Assembly (NCBI GenBank): GCA_964016885.1
Contig: OZ024744.1
Span: 86,056,001-86,120,000, forward strand
Direction: 5' to 3'
From: Eledone cirrhosa
Lineage: Eukaryota
Length of the DNA stretch: 64,000 bases
In this document: positions 1 to 12,730 of the stretch, piece by piece
Numbering within the stretch: the stretch's first letter is position 1
How the letters are laid out: every line of letters begins with the position of its first letter
Position numbers and translations under genes: made by a program
The notes under the pieces: generated by a model
What the model saw: only the letters and a program-made list of their open reading frames with translations
The model's database searches: none
Told to the model about the DNA's origin: nothing

Positions 1-386
1 ATATATATAAGGAGCGAAAGGTCCGTGCATGTAACGCATGCAGTGCATGCGTTATAGAATCTTGAGTTGATCAATTGCGTGGATTGAAGCAAGCAGAATT
101 TGGGCTGCTTACTAAATCATATAGACACAAAAAAACACACACACATACACACAAACACACGACAGCTTTGGGGCAATCAGAATGTTGACTGCTTACTAAA
201 TCGTATACACATAAAAAGATAACACACACACACACACACACACTAGATAACACTACATGCGGCTTTGACGGGGGAGGGTCATTTAGAGGTATTTTTTCTT
301 GGGGGGGGGGGTATGGCTGCACAGCCCCACTTTTCGCCATGGCGATTGGACTGCATGCTCTCTTCCCAGGTTACACTTCGCCACTG

Positions 387-430
<44 letters not shown>

Positions 431-647
431 TTTAGAGATTTATTGAGGAGGGTATAGGATGTGTGACGAAAACAATTTGAAGAATACATTAATAACTAAT
501 AATAAAACTGAAGGGAAAATCAATGAGTGTGTGTTTTTATTGGCAAAATTGGCATCATGACTATCCCCAAACAGTATATATATATAGTAATAATAATAAA
601 TGTGAAGACTAAAATCGAAAGAGGGCTCGATAAGGATAAATATACAT

Positions 648-686
<39 letters not shown>

Positions 687-688
<2 letters not shown>

Positions 689-823
689 CGGAAGAAATGT
701 GGTAAGGAACCAGGTGGACCATAACGCACCAAAGTACTCAATACTTAGGGTAGTAGAGTGGGTAATAGGAACGAGTAGGACCCCGACGGCTGAGCTCAAG
801 CCGTTTCGACGGCTAATTCCGGA

Positions 824-826
<3 letters not shown>
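687..826 (-). mobile_element. pLTR-end family A (3' half of HHR + tail), in (TA)n
   Basis: Minus strand: gaattagccgtc GAAA cggcttgagctcagccg TC ggggtcc...accacatttcttccgtt. Homologous to 1024, 22395, 24023 and 61951. Confidence 0.75.
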
Positions 827-859
<33 letters not shown>

Positions 860-860
860 G

Positions 861-905
<45 letters not shown>

Positions 906-1023
906 GTTAAAATACTGGAGCGTGTTGGAGTTAAACACCCTCTTCGTATTATAGAAATGACAGTAAAAGGTATAGCTCAATGCAGTTAAACAGAGCCGAA
1001 AAATTATATATATATATATATAT

Positions 1024-1160
1024 AAAACGAAGCAAGTGTGGGTAAGGAACCAGGTGGACCACAACGCACCAGAGTACTCGATACTTTGGGTAGTAGAGTG
1101 GGTAGTAGGAAAAGAGTCAGGACCCCGACGATCTCTGCCGTCGGGGTCCTGACTCTTTTC
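1024..1160 (-). mobile_element. pLTR-end family A, short fold-back
   Basis: gaaaagagtcaggaccccgacg / cgtcggggtcctgactcttttc inverted around 1131-1138. Confidence 0.72.
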
Positions 1161-1825
1161 ATATATATATATATATTTCCGCCTGGATTTTCTTAACAGT
1201 TTTGCTTTCTCGTTATAAACTTGATTATTTTACGCCGCCAAATTGAAGAGGAAGAAAACAATTGGAGCGATATCATTTGTTGAGATAAAAAAATGCAAAG
1301 CACCGGAAACTTTTTGCAATACAAACCGAGCATTTGGCCAATAGGTAAGAAAGAGCACCCTGCTCCCATAAAATGTCTCGTTGAAGATGAGTGATCAGTA
1401 TTTTGAAGTGGAGGAACATTGCAGGAACATTGCAGATTAACTAATGTGATTAGCAACAAGCTTGTTGGGACCATTATTGACGAGAACCCTTGCAGAACAG
1501 CTCAGACGTTTGCAGAACAAAACTGACTATTCTGTTGTTGTTCGACATTTCTACTATATTGGTAAACTAAAGATTTCGACATACCACGATCACGCAAAAA
1601 AAAAAAAAAAAGAAAAAAAAAATCACTCCCAAAATTACTGTTTCGATGGTTCATTTTGATAACACAACATCCCGCATCTTATGGTGTGTGAGAGACCATT
1701 GTGTGATGTGATAAAAACCTGATTCTATAAAGTAACCGACGACATTCTTTACTGTGACTGAATTTCGATGATTCACTAAAACACCGCAGAAATGTCATTA
1801 AAAGAAGATTATGAGCATTATGTAG

Positions 1826-2014
1826 GGCGGTGGATTGGCAGTATCGGTAGAGGGACGAACGCCATGCTTTGTAGCATAGAGTTACGGCCCTTGCCATTCT
1901 GAGTTCAAATCCCGCCGAGGTTAGCTTTGCTCTTCATCCATATGGAGTCGATAAAATAAAGTACCAGTAATGCACTAGGTAATTGATGGCCATGTGCCAA
2001 CAGTAGAAACAATT
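1826..2014 (+). mobile_element. tRNA-derived SINE family 1 (~190 bp; Meta/MESC-like central domain)
   Basis: A-box-like tggcagtatcgg, B-box gagttcaaatcc, family core gcctttcatccttacggggtcgataaaataaagtaccag (slightly diverged here), tail gtagaaacaatt. Confidence 0.85.
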
Positions 2015-2434
2015 GTGTAGTGTTAAACAAGAGGGCACCACCATAATTTCTTGAAATATGGCGAACCTATCTTAGAATATAAAGAAAATACAACAATAAC
2101 TTCTAAATTTACGCCCAACATCGATCTATTCTTCTCCATGGTGACACCCAAACACATCGAACACATCAAAACATCTATGGTGTCGTCGATATACGAGACA
2201 TTTAAAGCATTATGGTACGAAACACTTCATCTCCAGAATTCACTCTGACTGAGTGCTACCATTTCAATCATATTGCTAACCTAATGCGAATGACGTTCTT
2301 TAATAACAAGGTAGCAGCTTAAATCGACTTCGAAGAATCCGTCGACTCTAGGAGTTGAGAATGCTCAGCTAATATAGTTGTTTCCTGTTGGCAAAAACGT
2401 GTAGTTTCTAATGGTTATTACATCAGTGAATAAA

Positions 2435-2626
2435 GGGCAGTTGATTGGCAGTATCGGTAGAGAGTCGGACGCCATGCTTTGCAACATAGTGTTACGTCCC
2501 ATTGCGGTCTGAGTTCAAATCCCGCCGAGGTTAACTTTGCCTTTCATCCTTACGGGGTCGATAAAATAAAGTACCAGTAATACACTGAGGTAATTGCTAG
2601 CTTTGTGCCAAAGTAGAAAAAATTAT
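2435..2626 (+). mobile_element. SINE family 1
   Basis: Same consensus as 1826-2014. Confidence 0.85.
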
Positions 2627-2707
2627 TTCAGTGAATGTAATTTGTTCTAAGATGAGATACATTGGTTTACATTTGGTGGTTAACATTGCAATTGATTTTG
2701 TACTAAC

Positions 2708-2797
<90 letters not shown>

Positions 2798-2842
2798 TTA
2801 ATTCAAAATATTAACAAAATAGATATTCTTGTGATCAAGTAT

Positions 2843-2907
2843 ATTTTATTATACATATTTCAGAGGTACTGTGTTAACTTCAACAATACGTCCTCATCAG
2901 ATAAAAT
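2843..2907 (-). ncRNA. Type I hammerhead ribozyme motif in the 3' pLTR of the Hydra-like PLE
   Basis: Minus strand: attttat CTGATGA ggacgta...tacctct GAAA tatgta TA ataaaat. Stem I is attttat/ataaaat and the cleavage triplet is AUA. Confidence 0.8.
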
Positions 2908-4802
2908 AAGATTATGCATGACATACCCTGACATAGTAGATGGTTAAGATTCACTCATGGTACTGAGTAATATATGACAAAATTCAATATTTATATACCT
3001 TAATATTGAAAACATTAGAAAAACATATAATACATACAATAGAGAGGGTGCGTGTGAGAAAGCTTAAAAAATACTTGGCACCAATATAACTGTTAAATAA
3101 TTTAAATTACTGAAGAAAGAGGAAAGAAAAGAAAAGCATAGAGGAAGAAACAGATGAGGGGATACTATAGTTAGTAAGAGCCTAGAAATCAAATGAGAGT
3201 TGATTACAGAGAGAGAGAGAGATAAAGAGGAATAACTTATGTTCAAGTCTTTAGACAATTATCCATATATACAATATATATCTAAACATATCTGGTTGAC
3301 CGTTAACGTTCAAAACATTTAATTTAAGTTAGTTCAGAGTAATGAATAATATTTTAGGTTATAAAAGTTAATAAATATCTGTATTAATATTAAAGTATAC
3401 TATCTTATTTACTTTCTAAAATCAAATTTTATGAAATCAAATTTAAAGGATTTACAAACACGAGAAAGAAAACAATGTTTTTACAACCTCACGAAGGTAA
3501 ACCTTACTAAATTTATTATATAATATTGAAAACAGTTTATATTATATAATTTAGAAAATAATTACCGTTATAATTTTTAAAGAATTTATGATTTACAATT
3601 TGAGTGCCTAAAGTATCAACAGGCCTTATAATTAAACTTTAAAAGTCTGCATTTTAAATTACATATATGCGTTTATCAAAAAAATACAGAAACATTATAT
3701 TGTCTAAAGACTTAAGATGATACCTCTCAAATAGACATAACATAATACAATATAATAAATAAGTTACTGAGAATATTGTTAAAATTAATGTTTTAGATCA
3801 ATTATTGTAAAGGGATCATTTAATAGATATATACTATAAATATATAAGTCAAAACTTCATGAGTCCTAAGGATAAGGACTAGATACAAAATAACAAGTGA
3901 AAAAATAATGAATTGTTTGCGAACATAAAAGTGCCCAATATAAAAAAATAGAGTTTAAAATGCAAGAGGGTTTTTTTTTTAAATTTTATACAGTAGACAA
4001 ACGACACTTCTAAAATGCCCACGAAGATGATAGAAAGAGGAGCTAAGGATTTGAATGACCCGAAGGTAACCTAAATTTAATTAAAATAAATTAAATTAAC
4101 TTAAGTAATAATCGTTATATAATTTAGAACATTAAGGAAATATCTAACAATTATAACAATAGGGAGTCATTTGAGTATCTAAATTACTTATAAATGTAAC
4201 TACGAGCATGTTATTATACTAGATAAACAAATTTGTTCAAATATATAGAGAGAGTATTATAGGTATTAGTGAAACGATATACATATAATAAATAAATAAT
4301 TACAATCATTATTAGTAATATTATAATTGTAGTTTTACCTCCAGTTCAGTGGAAAGAGAGACCAATATTTGTCGACTAGTATGATTTGTGATATTTATAC
4401 CTAAATATATATATAAAAATTATATATGTACAAATCTAACTTTCTGAGTCCCAAAACATACCCAAAATGAGTAAAATATATAAATGTATGAATGATTTAC
4501 GGTTCAATTATAACCGGTAATCTTACAAGTTATATATCCAAATTATATATTTAAAACAAACACAAATATATAAGGATCCGAATCTAAATTATATATATCT
4601 AAAATAATCGAAAGGTGTGCATATTCATCAAGAGAACAAGTTAACAAATAATATGTTTATATAGCTAAACAGGACCCTTCATTCTAACATTAATTCTATC
4701 ATAAATGACTAGAAAATAAAGCATTATTAAAGTTTTATAAACTGTTATAACGTTTTAGGTACAACAGTTGATAATAGACGTCAAAAATTAAAACCTGTTT
4801 AT

Positions 4803-7016
4803 TTAGTGTTTTTTTCTGACTTCTTGCGAGGCTTGGAATGTAGACAAAGCTTTATGAAGGCAGTTTGAGAATAATTCACTTTTTTTGTTAATTAAGTTTT
4901 CATAATTAGTAATTATTAATAGGGTCTCCTTAGTACAGAGGTTGCAGTTAGTTGATATAGACGAATTCGAGTAGATTCTACTATTACACAGCTTCGTCCA
5001 AAAAATCGAGTATTTTAAATTTTTGTCTTTTAATGACCATATAAGTTGTGATAAAGAAGTCGAAGACTTCCTATTTGGATTCGAAAAAGAGCATTTGTGA
5101 TTCGCAAATATCGATTTAAATGTCGAAGAAGTTGCCCCTATGTAGTTGTTATGATGTTATTTGCTTTTACGGTGCATTTATACACCAAATTTCTATCCAG
5201 ACAATTATTTTGCAGAGGGCAATCTGGTTTATTTCTACAATTACATTTCGATTTATTATTATTATAATTTATATTAACACTATTATTAACAATATTATGC
5301 TGATTCTGGTTTAGAATTCTACTATTTAGTTTAGCGATGTTTTTGGCCATATTCATAGTTGTAGAATAAGAAAGCTTAATTGTGTGTCTATTAAATATGG
5401 AACGGTATTTATGTTGACTAGGGAAGGAATTATCTAAAGCCTTAAAGAATAGATTAGCTAGTGGTGTTTTTATTGCTACAGAAGCAGGGGCGGGGGGCAT
5501 ATAACTGATTTAGTTCTGTTTTTTTCCAAGATTTATTCACAGTACAGGTGTTTGAATTATAATTTTTAGAATTTCGTTTATACATGTCAGTCATATTATT
5601 TTTATCAGGATTAAGATTCGAATTATTATTGTCTATATATTCTATATTATTTTTATAACCTGCCTTTCTTGTAATATCCTGCTTTTTTATCAAACATGGA
5701 TTGATTAGCAGATATTCTAGTTGTGCGTTTCTGTACACTATTGACAATTGCATTTTTCACTGATTTAGGGTGATTAGAGTAATAACTAACGTAATTTAAG
5801 TTTTCATTGGGCTTATGGAAAGGGTAATAAAAACCAGAGTTTAAGTTAAGGGTAACATCAAGGAAATTAACTATTTTGGTACCACTTTCAACCTCTAATT
5901 TAAGGTCGTAATTTTTAAAGAATTCAATAATATTTTTCTTTACCCTATTTAGTTCTGTATTGTTGTGTTTAACAACGGTAAATAAAATATCATCCCTATA
6001 TAAACCACCGGTAATCTCCGGCAGTTTTCTATTTACCATATTTAATATAAAAATCCCCAGAAGATCCGAGACTTGCGCTGAGTCCGATGATCCCATGGTA
6101 ATGTCGAAGTTTCTATTTCTATCCGAGCGGGTCCAATACTCATTGTTGAAATTAATTAGAGTTCTTCTAGCATGATATCGATTTCATCCGTAGTTAGATC
6201 TGTGTGTTTGTAAGCGTGTTATTTAGTTGGTTAGGCGTAATGGAAGAGTAATAGCTTGTTATGTCCATTTGGATGAATTTATGGTTTTTCTTATCATCTA
6301 TAGTTTTATACCAGTCAATCACTTCATTAGCTCAATTTAGATCTCAATTTCAGAATAGGTAGAATTCTATCAATAATATTTTTACTGATTACTCCAATAT
6401 CCGATTTAGATGGAGCAATCAGTCTAACTGGCAGGTCTTCCTCAAAGTTTCTTTTGTGATCCTTAAAATTTATCCTCGGCTGTCGAGGTATAAAAGGCTC
6501 GGTTCTTCCTTCAATTCCTAAATTTGCAATTAATTTATATGCATCATTATTGATGTCTGTAAGATCTTCGGCGAGGGCTTTTCTATAATTTTTCCTTAGT
6601 TCTTTTAAAATCAAATCATTATATTCATCTTTATTTATCCCATATAAATTATTTGTTTTGTCAGAGTTCACCAATATTTTATTAACTTTTTTTATATCCG
6701 AGATTTTTTCTTTTAAAGTTCTAAGGTATTGGTGACCTATATATGGGTTTTTCCTGAATTTAATTTTCTTAAGTATATTGAGCATTTCAGTTTCAAAATC
6801 CTCCAGGAGTTTGTTGTATGGAGGATTCTTTCTGGATTTAAAGATAGTTTCGAAATAATTGCTGTTGGTTTTTCTTTTAGCTTCTTTATTATCGAAATGA
6901 AATGCGCGCCATCTCACTCTTCTTATAAAAGAGTTTGTTTGTTCAATAAGTTTCCCCATATATTCTTCATTAGATGGTATATCCTTGAGAGATGTCGGGA
7001 AGGTGAAGAATTCCAT
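4803..7016 (-). pseudogene. PLE RT + GIY-YIG polyprotein, frameshifted
   Basis: N-terminus TSLKDIP...FIRRVRWRAF. RT motifs FIQMDITSYYSSI, MGSSDSAQVSDLLG, GLYRDD, VNFLDVTL and thumb SNHP. Linker CNCRNKPDCPLQNNCL, then LVYKCTV...YIGATSSTFK..NHKCSF and CNLCTKE...LINKKSELFSNCLH (hand-translated 5145-4803). Split across ORFs 6327-7016, 5653-6096, 5454-5753 and 5138-5500. Confidence 0.9.
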
Positions 7017-7236
7017 TATTTATTAAATATGCAATCTATTGTAGAGAAAAGCGCTCAACCTGCTGGGAGCTAGATATATTTAAAGGTTAAACAAGGTTCA
7101 ATGAATAATTCAAAGAATGAGTTATACAATAGATTGGAAGCACTCAACAGCTATGGTTTTCCAGAGTTATTAATATTAATTCAAAATATTAACAAATTGT
7201 GATCAAGTATATTTTATTATGCATATTCAGAGGTAC

Positions 7237-7957
7237 CAAAAGGAATCTATGTCTTTCTGTGATGGGACCTCAGTGACACTTATTATTTTGCCTTTCATAT
7301 CTCTATAGACTGATGTTTGGTTTCGTCTGAATCTTTTATTAAGCACTTTTCTTCGATCTACCTTCTTCTGGTATCAACGTTTCTCCCTGACAGCTCTCAA
7401 TTCTTGTTTGAGGGTGATCAGCTTATATTGAAGCGTTCTGGTTCTACTGTTACCAAACATCGTTTCCATTTTATTTTTCACACTTTGTTGGTGAGGAGTG
7501 AATTTTATTTGTTTTTCTTTGCATGTAAGGGGCATTGTCACATATCCTATGTTTTTTCGTAAGTCAGCACTCTTTTTTTCAGTTTTAATTATACATGATG
7601 GTATATTTGGTGGTATTTTGTTCTTGTTAATATCTCTGCTATCACCAAGATAATGCTTCCCTGTCGTTGCTAGGGCATATAAACAAACGTTGATTTGCCA
7701 AAATGTTGGGGTTTTAATCCGTTGTAAATATGCATCCCCTATTTCGTCAAAAACACGTGAGATTTTATTATTTTGTTTTATTTTATTAGCATTGTTATTT
7801 TATTACGTTCAGCAAGAGAAATGTTTATACATGAATTAATTTCTCTCTGGAAGATTACGTTTAGGGAAATTTTCAATTGTTTATACTTTTGGTTATTATT
7901 ATTATAGATAGTGTTTTGAGGTAGACTCAGATGGTTCATGTGGTGTCAAATTTCTTC

Positions 7958-8005
<48 letters not shown>

Positions 8006-8565
8006 CGATAGTCGACACTTGTGGCCAATACATGAAATCATTATTATCGATAGTGTTTTCCACAACAGTTGAGGTCGATGTTACACGTGGTGTCAAATTC
8101 CTTACAGGCATAGTTGTGTTAGAGCACTGTTCGATCTGGCTCCTCGGAAGTCTAGTAGCATGGCGACCTGTAGCACGTGTTGTTGATCCCATGTTTGTTG
8201 TGACTTACAATTAATAATATTTATGTTATTTTTACGTTCAACAAATGTCGCTTGTTGTCGTAATTGTTTCGCTGTGAAATAATTTAGCTGTGGGTGTATT
8301 TCGTCTCAGTGTAGCTTCATTCTGTTCTGTTCATATAGCCAATGGAGGAATTGTTTTTTTGCCATTTTATGACAATTAAATAAATCATTATTAAGTTCGC
8401 AACTCCAAGAGAAATGCGATTCATAATTTCGGTTTCTTCTGTAGCTACAACTGAATAAATATTGTTTACCTTTCTCATTGATTTTTCTCACTGGTTTTCT
8501 CGGATAAATTCTTTACGCTCCTTGTGTTGGATAAATTGTTTTTGTTAATATTGTGTTCGGCCATA
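7237..8565 (-). mobile_element. R4/Dong-like (RLE non-LTR) element, N-terminal ORF relic upstream of RT
   Basis: Hand translation gives FSWSCELNNDLFNCHKMAK...NRMKLH*DEIHPQLNYFTAKQLRQQA (Myb-like N-terminus of R4/Dong) and LKQELRAV..YQKK...LNKRFRRNQTSVYRDMKG...VPSQKDIDSFW (pre-RT region). Confidence 0.65.
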
Positions 8566-9462
8566 TTGTGTTTGTAAAATTGTGTTTGTAAAATGAATTA
8601 TGTATTTAGTCGGGTATCTCTACGAATTCGAATAAAAGGTGTCTTCAGTGGATATAGTTAGAAGAATATCCAGTTATTCAACATGATTGGTAGTTGTGGC
8701 ATTATTGTCGGAGATAGTATTCATCTTAAATTTAATGATTATTCCCCCACACCAAAATGTGCGACCGATCGCATTGACTGACTGATTGACTAACTATGTA
8801 TGTATGTATGTATGTATGTATGTATGTATGTATGTCAGGTCACTCTCGAGTGCTACTAGTATCGTGTAACCCAGTACAACCTGTCTCATGGTTGGGACGT
8901 CGGTGACTAAACCGGCAACCCCACCAAGCTTACTTGGTCAGGAGGGTGGTATTTGGACACCTTGCGGGATGAAATGCAAGATCCTGCAAAGGGCGGAGGA
9001 ACACAACAAATTCAACGCCCATCCAAATAGTATATTTTTTTCTTTTTCTTTTCCTTTTTCATCTAGGATAGGGAAACTCTGAAAAAAAAATCCTGCGGCT
9101 TCCGAAGCATCCGATGATGTTGACAGGTTCACCTTTTCGGGTAATGTTTTCGATGCTCAGAGAGTAGGATTGGTCATATGCAAGGCCTTTCCCCACTTAA
9201 AAAAACCTTCAAAGCACAGGCATTACTTGTTTAGGATATGTTACAGGTTTGTGTGGCTGGCCGTAGCCTAAAAGTGCACAATTTTCTGTAATCTGACAAG
9301 CGATTGCAATACACTTAGCAGAGTTTGCAACCATCATGTATGTATCTATATATGTATGCATGTACGTATGTACGTATGTACGTATGTACGTATGTAGGTA
9401 TGCATGTGTTTATGTATGCATGCACGTATGTGAGTAAGTGTACGTGTGTATTTGTATGCATA

Positions 9463-9504
<42 letters not shown>

Positions 9505-9811
9505 TAGAAGTGATATTTAATTTGTTGGAAATACAACAATTATAAATGTTTATAACTGATTCAGAGCACTCGACAAGTTTTCTGGAGTAAATATTCAATG
9601 ATATTAAATAAATGGAAACTATATTTATAAAACCATATGTATTCTATTATATATATCCCTGGAAAGGATAACTTGAACCGTTAAGGTATACTATCCTTGG
9701 TTATGTCAAATATTTATAAAACATTTTGCATTGAAATATATATAATAGTAGAAATATGCTTTTATAAATATAGTTTCCATTTATTTAAAATCATTATATA
9801 TATATAGCGCC

Positions 9812-11050
9812 ATTTATAGTAGACGCAGTTAAACTTATTCTGGAAAACAACACTTTCTTCTTCAATGGAAAGAATTACATCCAAATTAGAGGCACAGCGA
9901 TGGGAACGAAGTTTGCTCCCGTTTACGCGAACTCTGTAATGGGATACTTAGAACAACAACTCTACCAAGAAATAGAGGAAAAATATAGTACTGCCTTTAG
10001 AAAGTACATTGGAAAATCTTGGAAGAGATACCTTGACGACTGTTTCATCATCTGGACAGAATCTCTAGATACTCTGGATGAGTTCAATATCCTCCTGAAT
10101 AACCTACACCCATCTCTCCAATTCACAAAAGAGATGAGTAGGACCAAATTACCATTCCTAGATATAATGATAATCAAAAACGACACCACCATTACCACGG
10201 ATATATATTATAATCACACAGACACCCATCAATATCTGAATTTTAAGTCGTGCCATCCACCTCTTAAAAAACGCAACATCCCATACTGCCTAGCCAGATG
10301 AATTTGTACCATTGTAGAAGATACGAATACCAGGTACAAACGCCTAACAGAACTAAGAGAATTTTTGCTCAAACAAAAATACCCATCTCTACTTATAGAA
10401 ATTGGCATACAGCGGGCTATAAAAATACCTATACAACAACTTAGGACAACCCAAGTAAGAAGAAACCAAGAACTGGTCATACCATTTATAATGACACACA
10501 ACCCATGTCACCAGAATATCTTCAACACTGCCAAAGCAAACCTACCGATCATTGCTCAATGTAATGAATTAAAAGGCTTAATCACAGATCGATCTTTGAC
10601 TCTTAGTAAAAGACAGCCGAAAAATTTGAAGCAATTACTAACAAAAGCAAAGTTTAACCTTAACAACAAAGACCAATCATTCACTGTATCTAAATGCAAT
10701 GATAGTCGATGCGGCACATGTCAATCCATACACGCCGGTCAATATATGAAAACAAAAACTTGAAAAATATTCCCAAATGCAAATATGAACTACAAAAGCA
10801 GAAATCTTGTGAAGAACTATATGTCGGTCAAACTGGAAATGCACTATCGGAACGTGCACGGGTACACCGTCAGCAAATCAGAGACCCAAATGTCCGTCAG
10901 ATACCTCTAAGTAACCATCTAGCAACATGTGGTCAGGGAATATTTATAATATTCCCATTCTACAAATTACACAGCCCAAGTGAAATCAAGAGAAAAATCA
11001 AAGAAAAGAATTTTATTGATCAATTCAAACCCAAGCTAAATGAACAATAA
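9812..11050 (+). pseudogene. PLE RT (C-terminal half) + GIY-YIG endonuclease, disrupted
   Basis: GTAMGTKFAPVYAN, WKRYLDDCF, LPFLDI, TDTHQYLNFKSCHP, linker CNDSRCGTC, YVGQTGNALSER..VH, SNHLATC, KEKNFIDQFKPKLN. TGA at 10299-10301 and a frameshift/deletion near 10760-10800. Confidence 0.9.
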
Positions 11051-11367
11051 TACTGCTTAGGGGTATTACTTCTACAATGACTATGACTACGACCATGTCG
11101 ACTACGACCACTAACAACAACAACAACAACAATAATGATAATAATAAAAGTGATGTTGATGGTGATGATTACTAGAAAATGCTATTTTCATCATTTCTAA
11201 AAATAGCAAAACAATTGATGCTTTAGTAATTCAGTGAAACTACACACCTATTGGTCGAAATACAGTTTGCAAGATTTAGCATTCTGGAGCCCTTTTCACT
11301 GTATATAAGGTACAAAATTTACCCATCTCATTACAGTTGAAAATTGAAAACTTGACTGTCACCATTA

Positions 11368-11406
11368 TGAACCTGAAGATTGCGAAAGCATGAAAGTACT
11401 TGTTCA
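11368..11406 (+). ncRNA. Minimal type I hammerhead motif (PLE pLTR)
   Basis: tgaac CTGAAGA t-tgc gaaa gca-t GAAA gtac TT gttca. The palindromic stem III (gtac) is typical of minimal PLE HHRs. Confidence 0.8.
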
Positions 11407-11556
11407 ATTAACACTTAACATTTAATATTCTATCATACTATTTCATTATAATACCATTATAAATGTTAAAGTATTGTAAATAAAACGAGTAAATCAGACA
11501 AAGTTGGAATTCCTCTTATGAATATAATCTTCTATACACAGTCATACACACCCGTG

Positions 11557-11711
<155 letters not shown>

Positions 11712-11888
11712 TTCAAGAGTAACCAATCTTAAAGAGAGAGATGGAGATAGTAGAGGAGATATGAGAGGAGAGATCGGTGTGTTAGTTAGAAGCCAAAGCG
11801 TAAAGGCATGTGCTCAATGTGCAATATGCAGTAGAAAGCAGGTAGGTGGCTGGGTTCATGCAGAAGTTAGGTGCGCAGAGCTGGAAAT

Positions 11889-12545
11889 ATTCATTAGTTA
11901 AGCAAAACAAGACCACAAACTTCACAAGGAAGACATTATTAAAAGATTGTCAACATATTTTAGTTTGATGTAAGGAATGTAGACAATAATAATAATAATA
12001 ATAATATTAATAATAATAATGTCCGTTTACAATTGTTTCGCTACTCCATATAATATTTCTGGATCAGATGACTATATATCATAATTGATCTGGTTCAGTT
12101 GAAAATAATTAACATATTTAAAAAAACAGAGTGGCTCATCGGAACTCAAAGGAATATAAATTAAAATAATGTTACATAATATAATGTTCCATATATTGGT
12201 TTTTACTATGGTGTCTTGGTTGCATCAGCTGTCAGCCATAATCAAGCAGTATTCATCTGTCGAGGCTGCATTGTGTGAGAACTGCCTATGGGTAACAAGA
12301 TGGCTGCCAAAGGGCATATTTTAAATATGTTAATTATTTTCAACTGAACCAGATCAATCATGATATATAGTCATCTGATCCAGAAATATTATATGGAGTA
12401 GCGAAACAATTGTAAACAGACATTATTATTATTAATATTATTATTATTATTATTCTCTACATTCCTTACATCAAACTAAAATATGTTGACAATCTTTTAA
12501 TAATGTCTTCCTTGTGAAGTTTGTGGTCTTGTTTTGTTTAACTAA

Positions 12546-12550
<5 letters not shown>
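11889..12550. repeat. Long inverted repeat (~235-bp arms, ~195-bp spacer), probably an inverted PLE pLTR
   Basis: 11889-12122 is the reverse complement of 12320-12550. GAAAC AATT GTA near 12403-12414. A related tail sits at 27533-27600. Confidence 0.75.
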
Positions 12551-12638
<88 letters not shown>

Positions 12639-12730
12639 AGTGTAACTTGGAGTTACTGCAGGTTCACCCGGGTGAGCACTCGATGTTTAGGTTCGCTTCT
12701 GTGTTGAGGTGTAGAGCTATACAGAGTGTA

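Larger units (their letters stand above)
2790..7236 (-). mobile_element. Near full-length Penelope-like retroelement (C-terminal GIY-YIG, resembles Hydra clade), decayed, with pseudo-LTR direct repeats and a 3' end in (TA)n
   Basis: Direct repeat 7177-7236 vs 2797-2869 (attaattcaaaatattaacaaa...gatcaagtatattttattat.catatt(t)cagaggtac). RT and EN reading frames lie between them. There is an HHR in the 3' pLTR, and the element abuts the (TA)n at 2711-2792. Confidence 0.88.
9806..11538 (+). mobile_element. 5'-truncated Penelope-like element (Neptune-like) with 3' pLTR
   Basis: RT-EN frames followed by a 3' region containing an HHR. Flanked by TA and (TC)n(TA)n. The pLTR recurs as a solo copy at 22952-23183. 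Confidence 0.88.

Noticed and set aside
11-386. Helitron or MITE suggested by hairpin taacgcatgca-g-tgcatgcgtta and cagtggcg end
   Set aside because: No matching termini or TSD could be established, and it is at the window edge.
10299-10301. In-frame TGA in the PLE ORF as selenocysteine (as in Naiad PLEs)
   Set aside because: It falls at an expected Arg (LARR, likely CGA/AGA to TGA), the element has a C-terminal endonuclease and other lesions, and no SECIS was seen.
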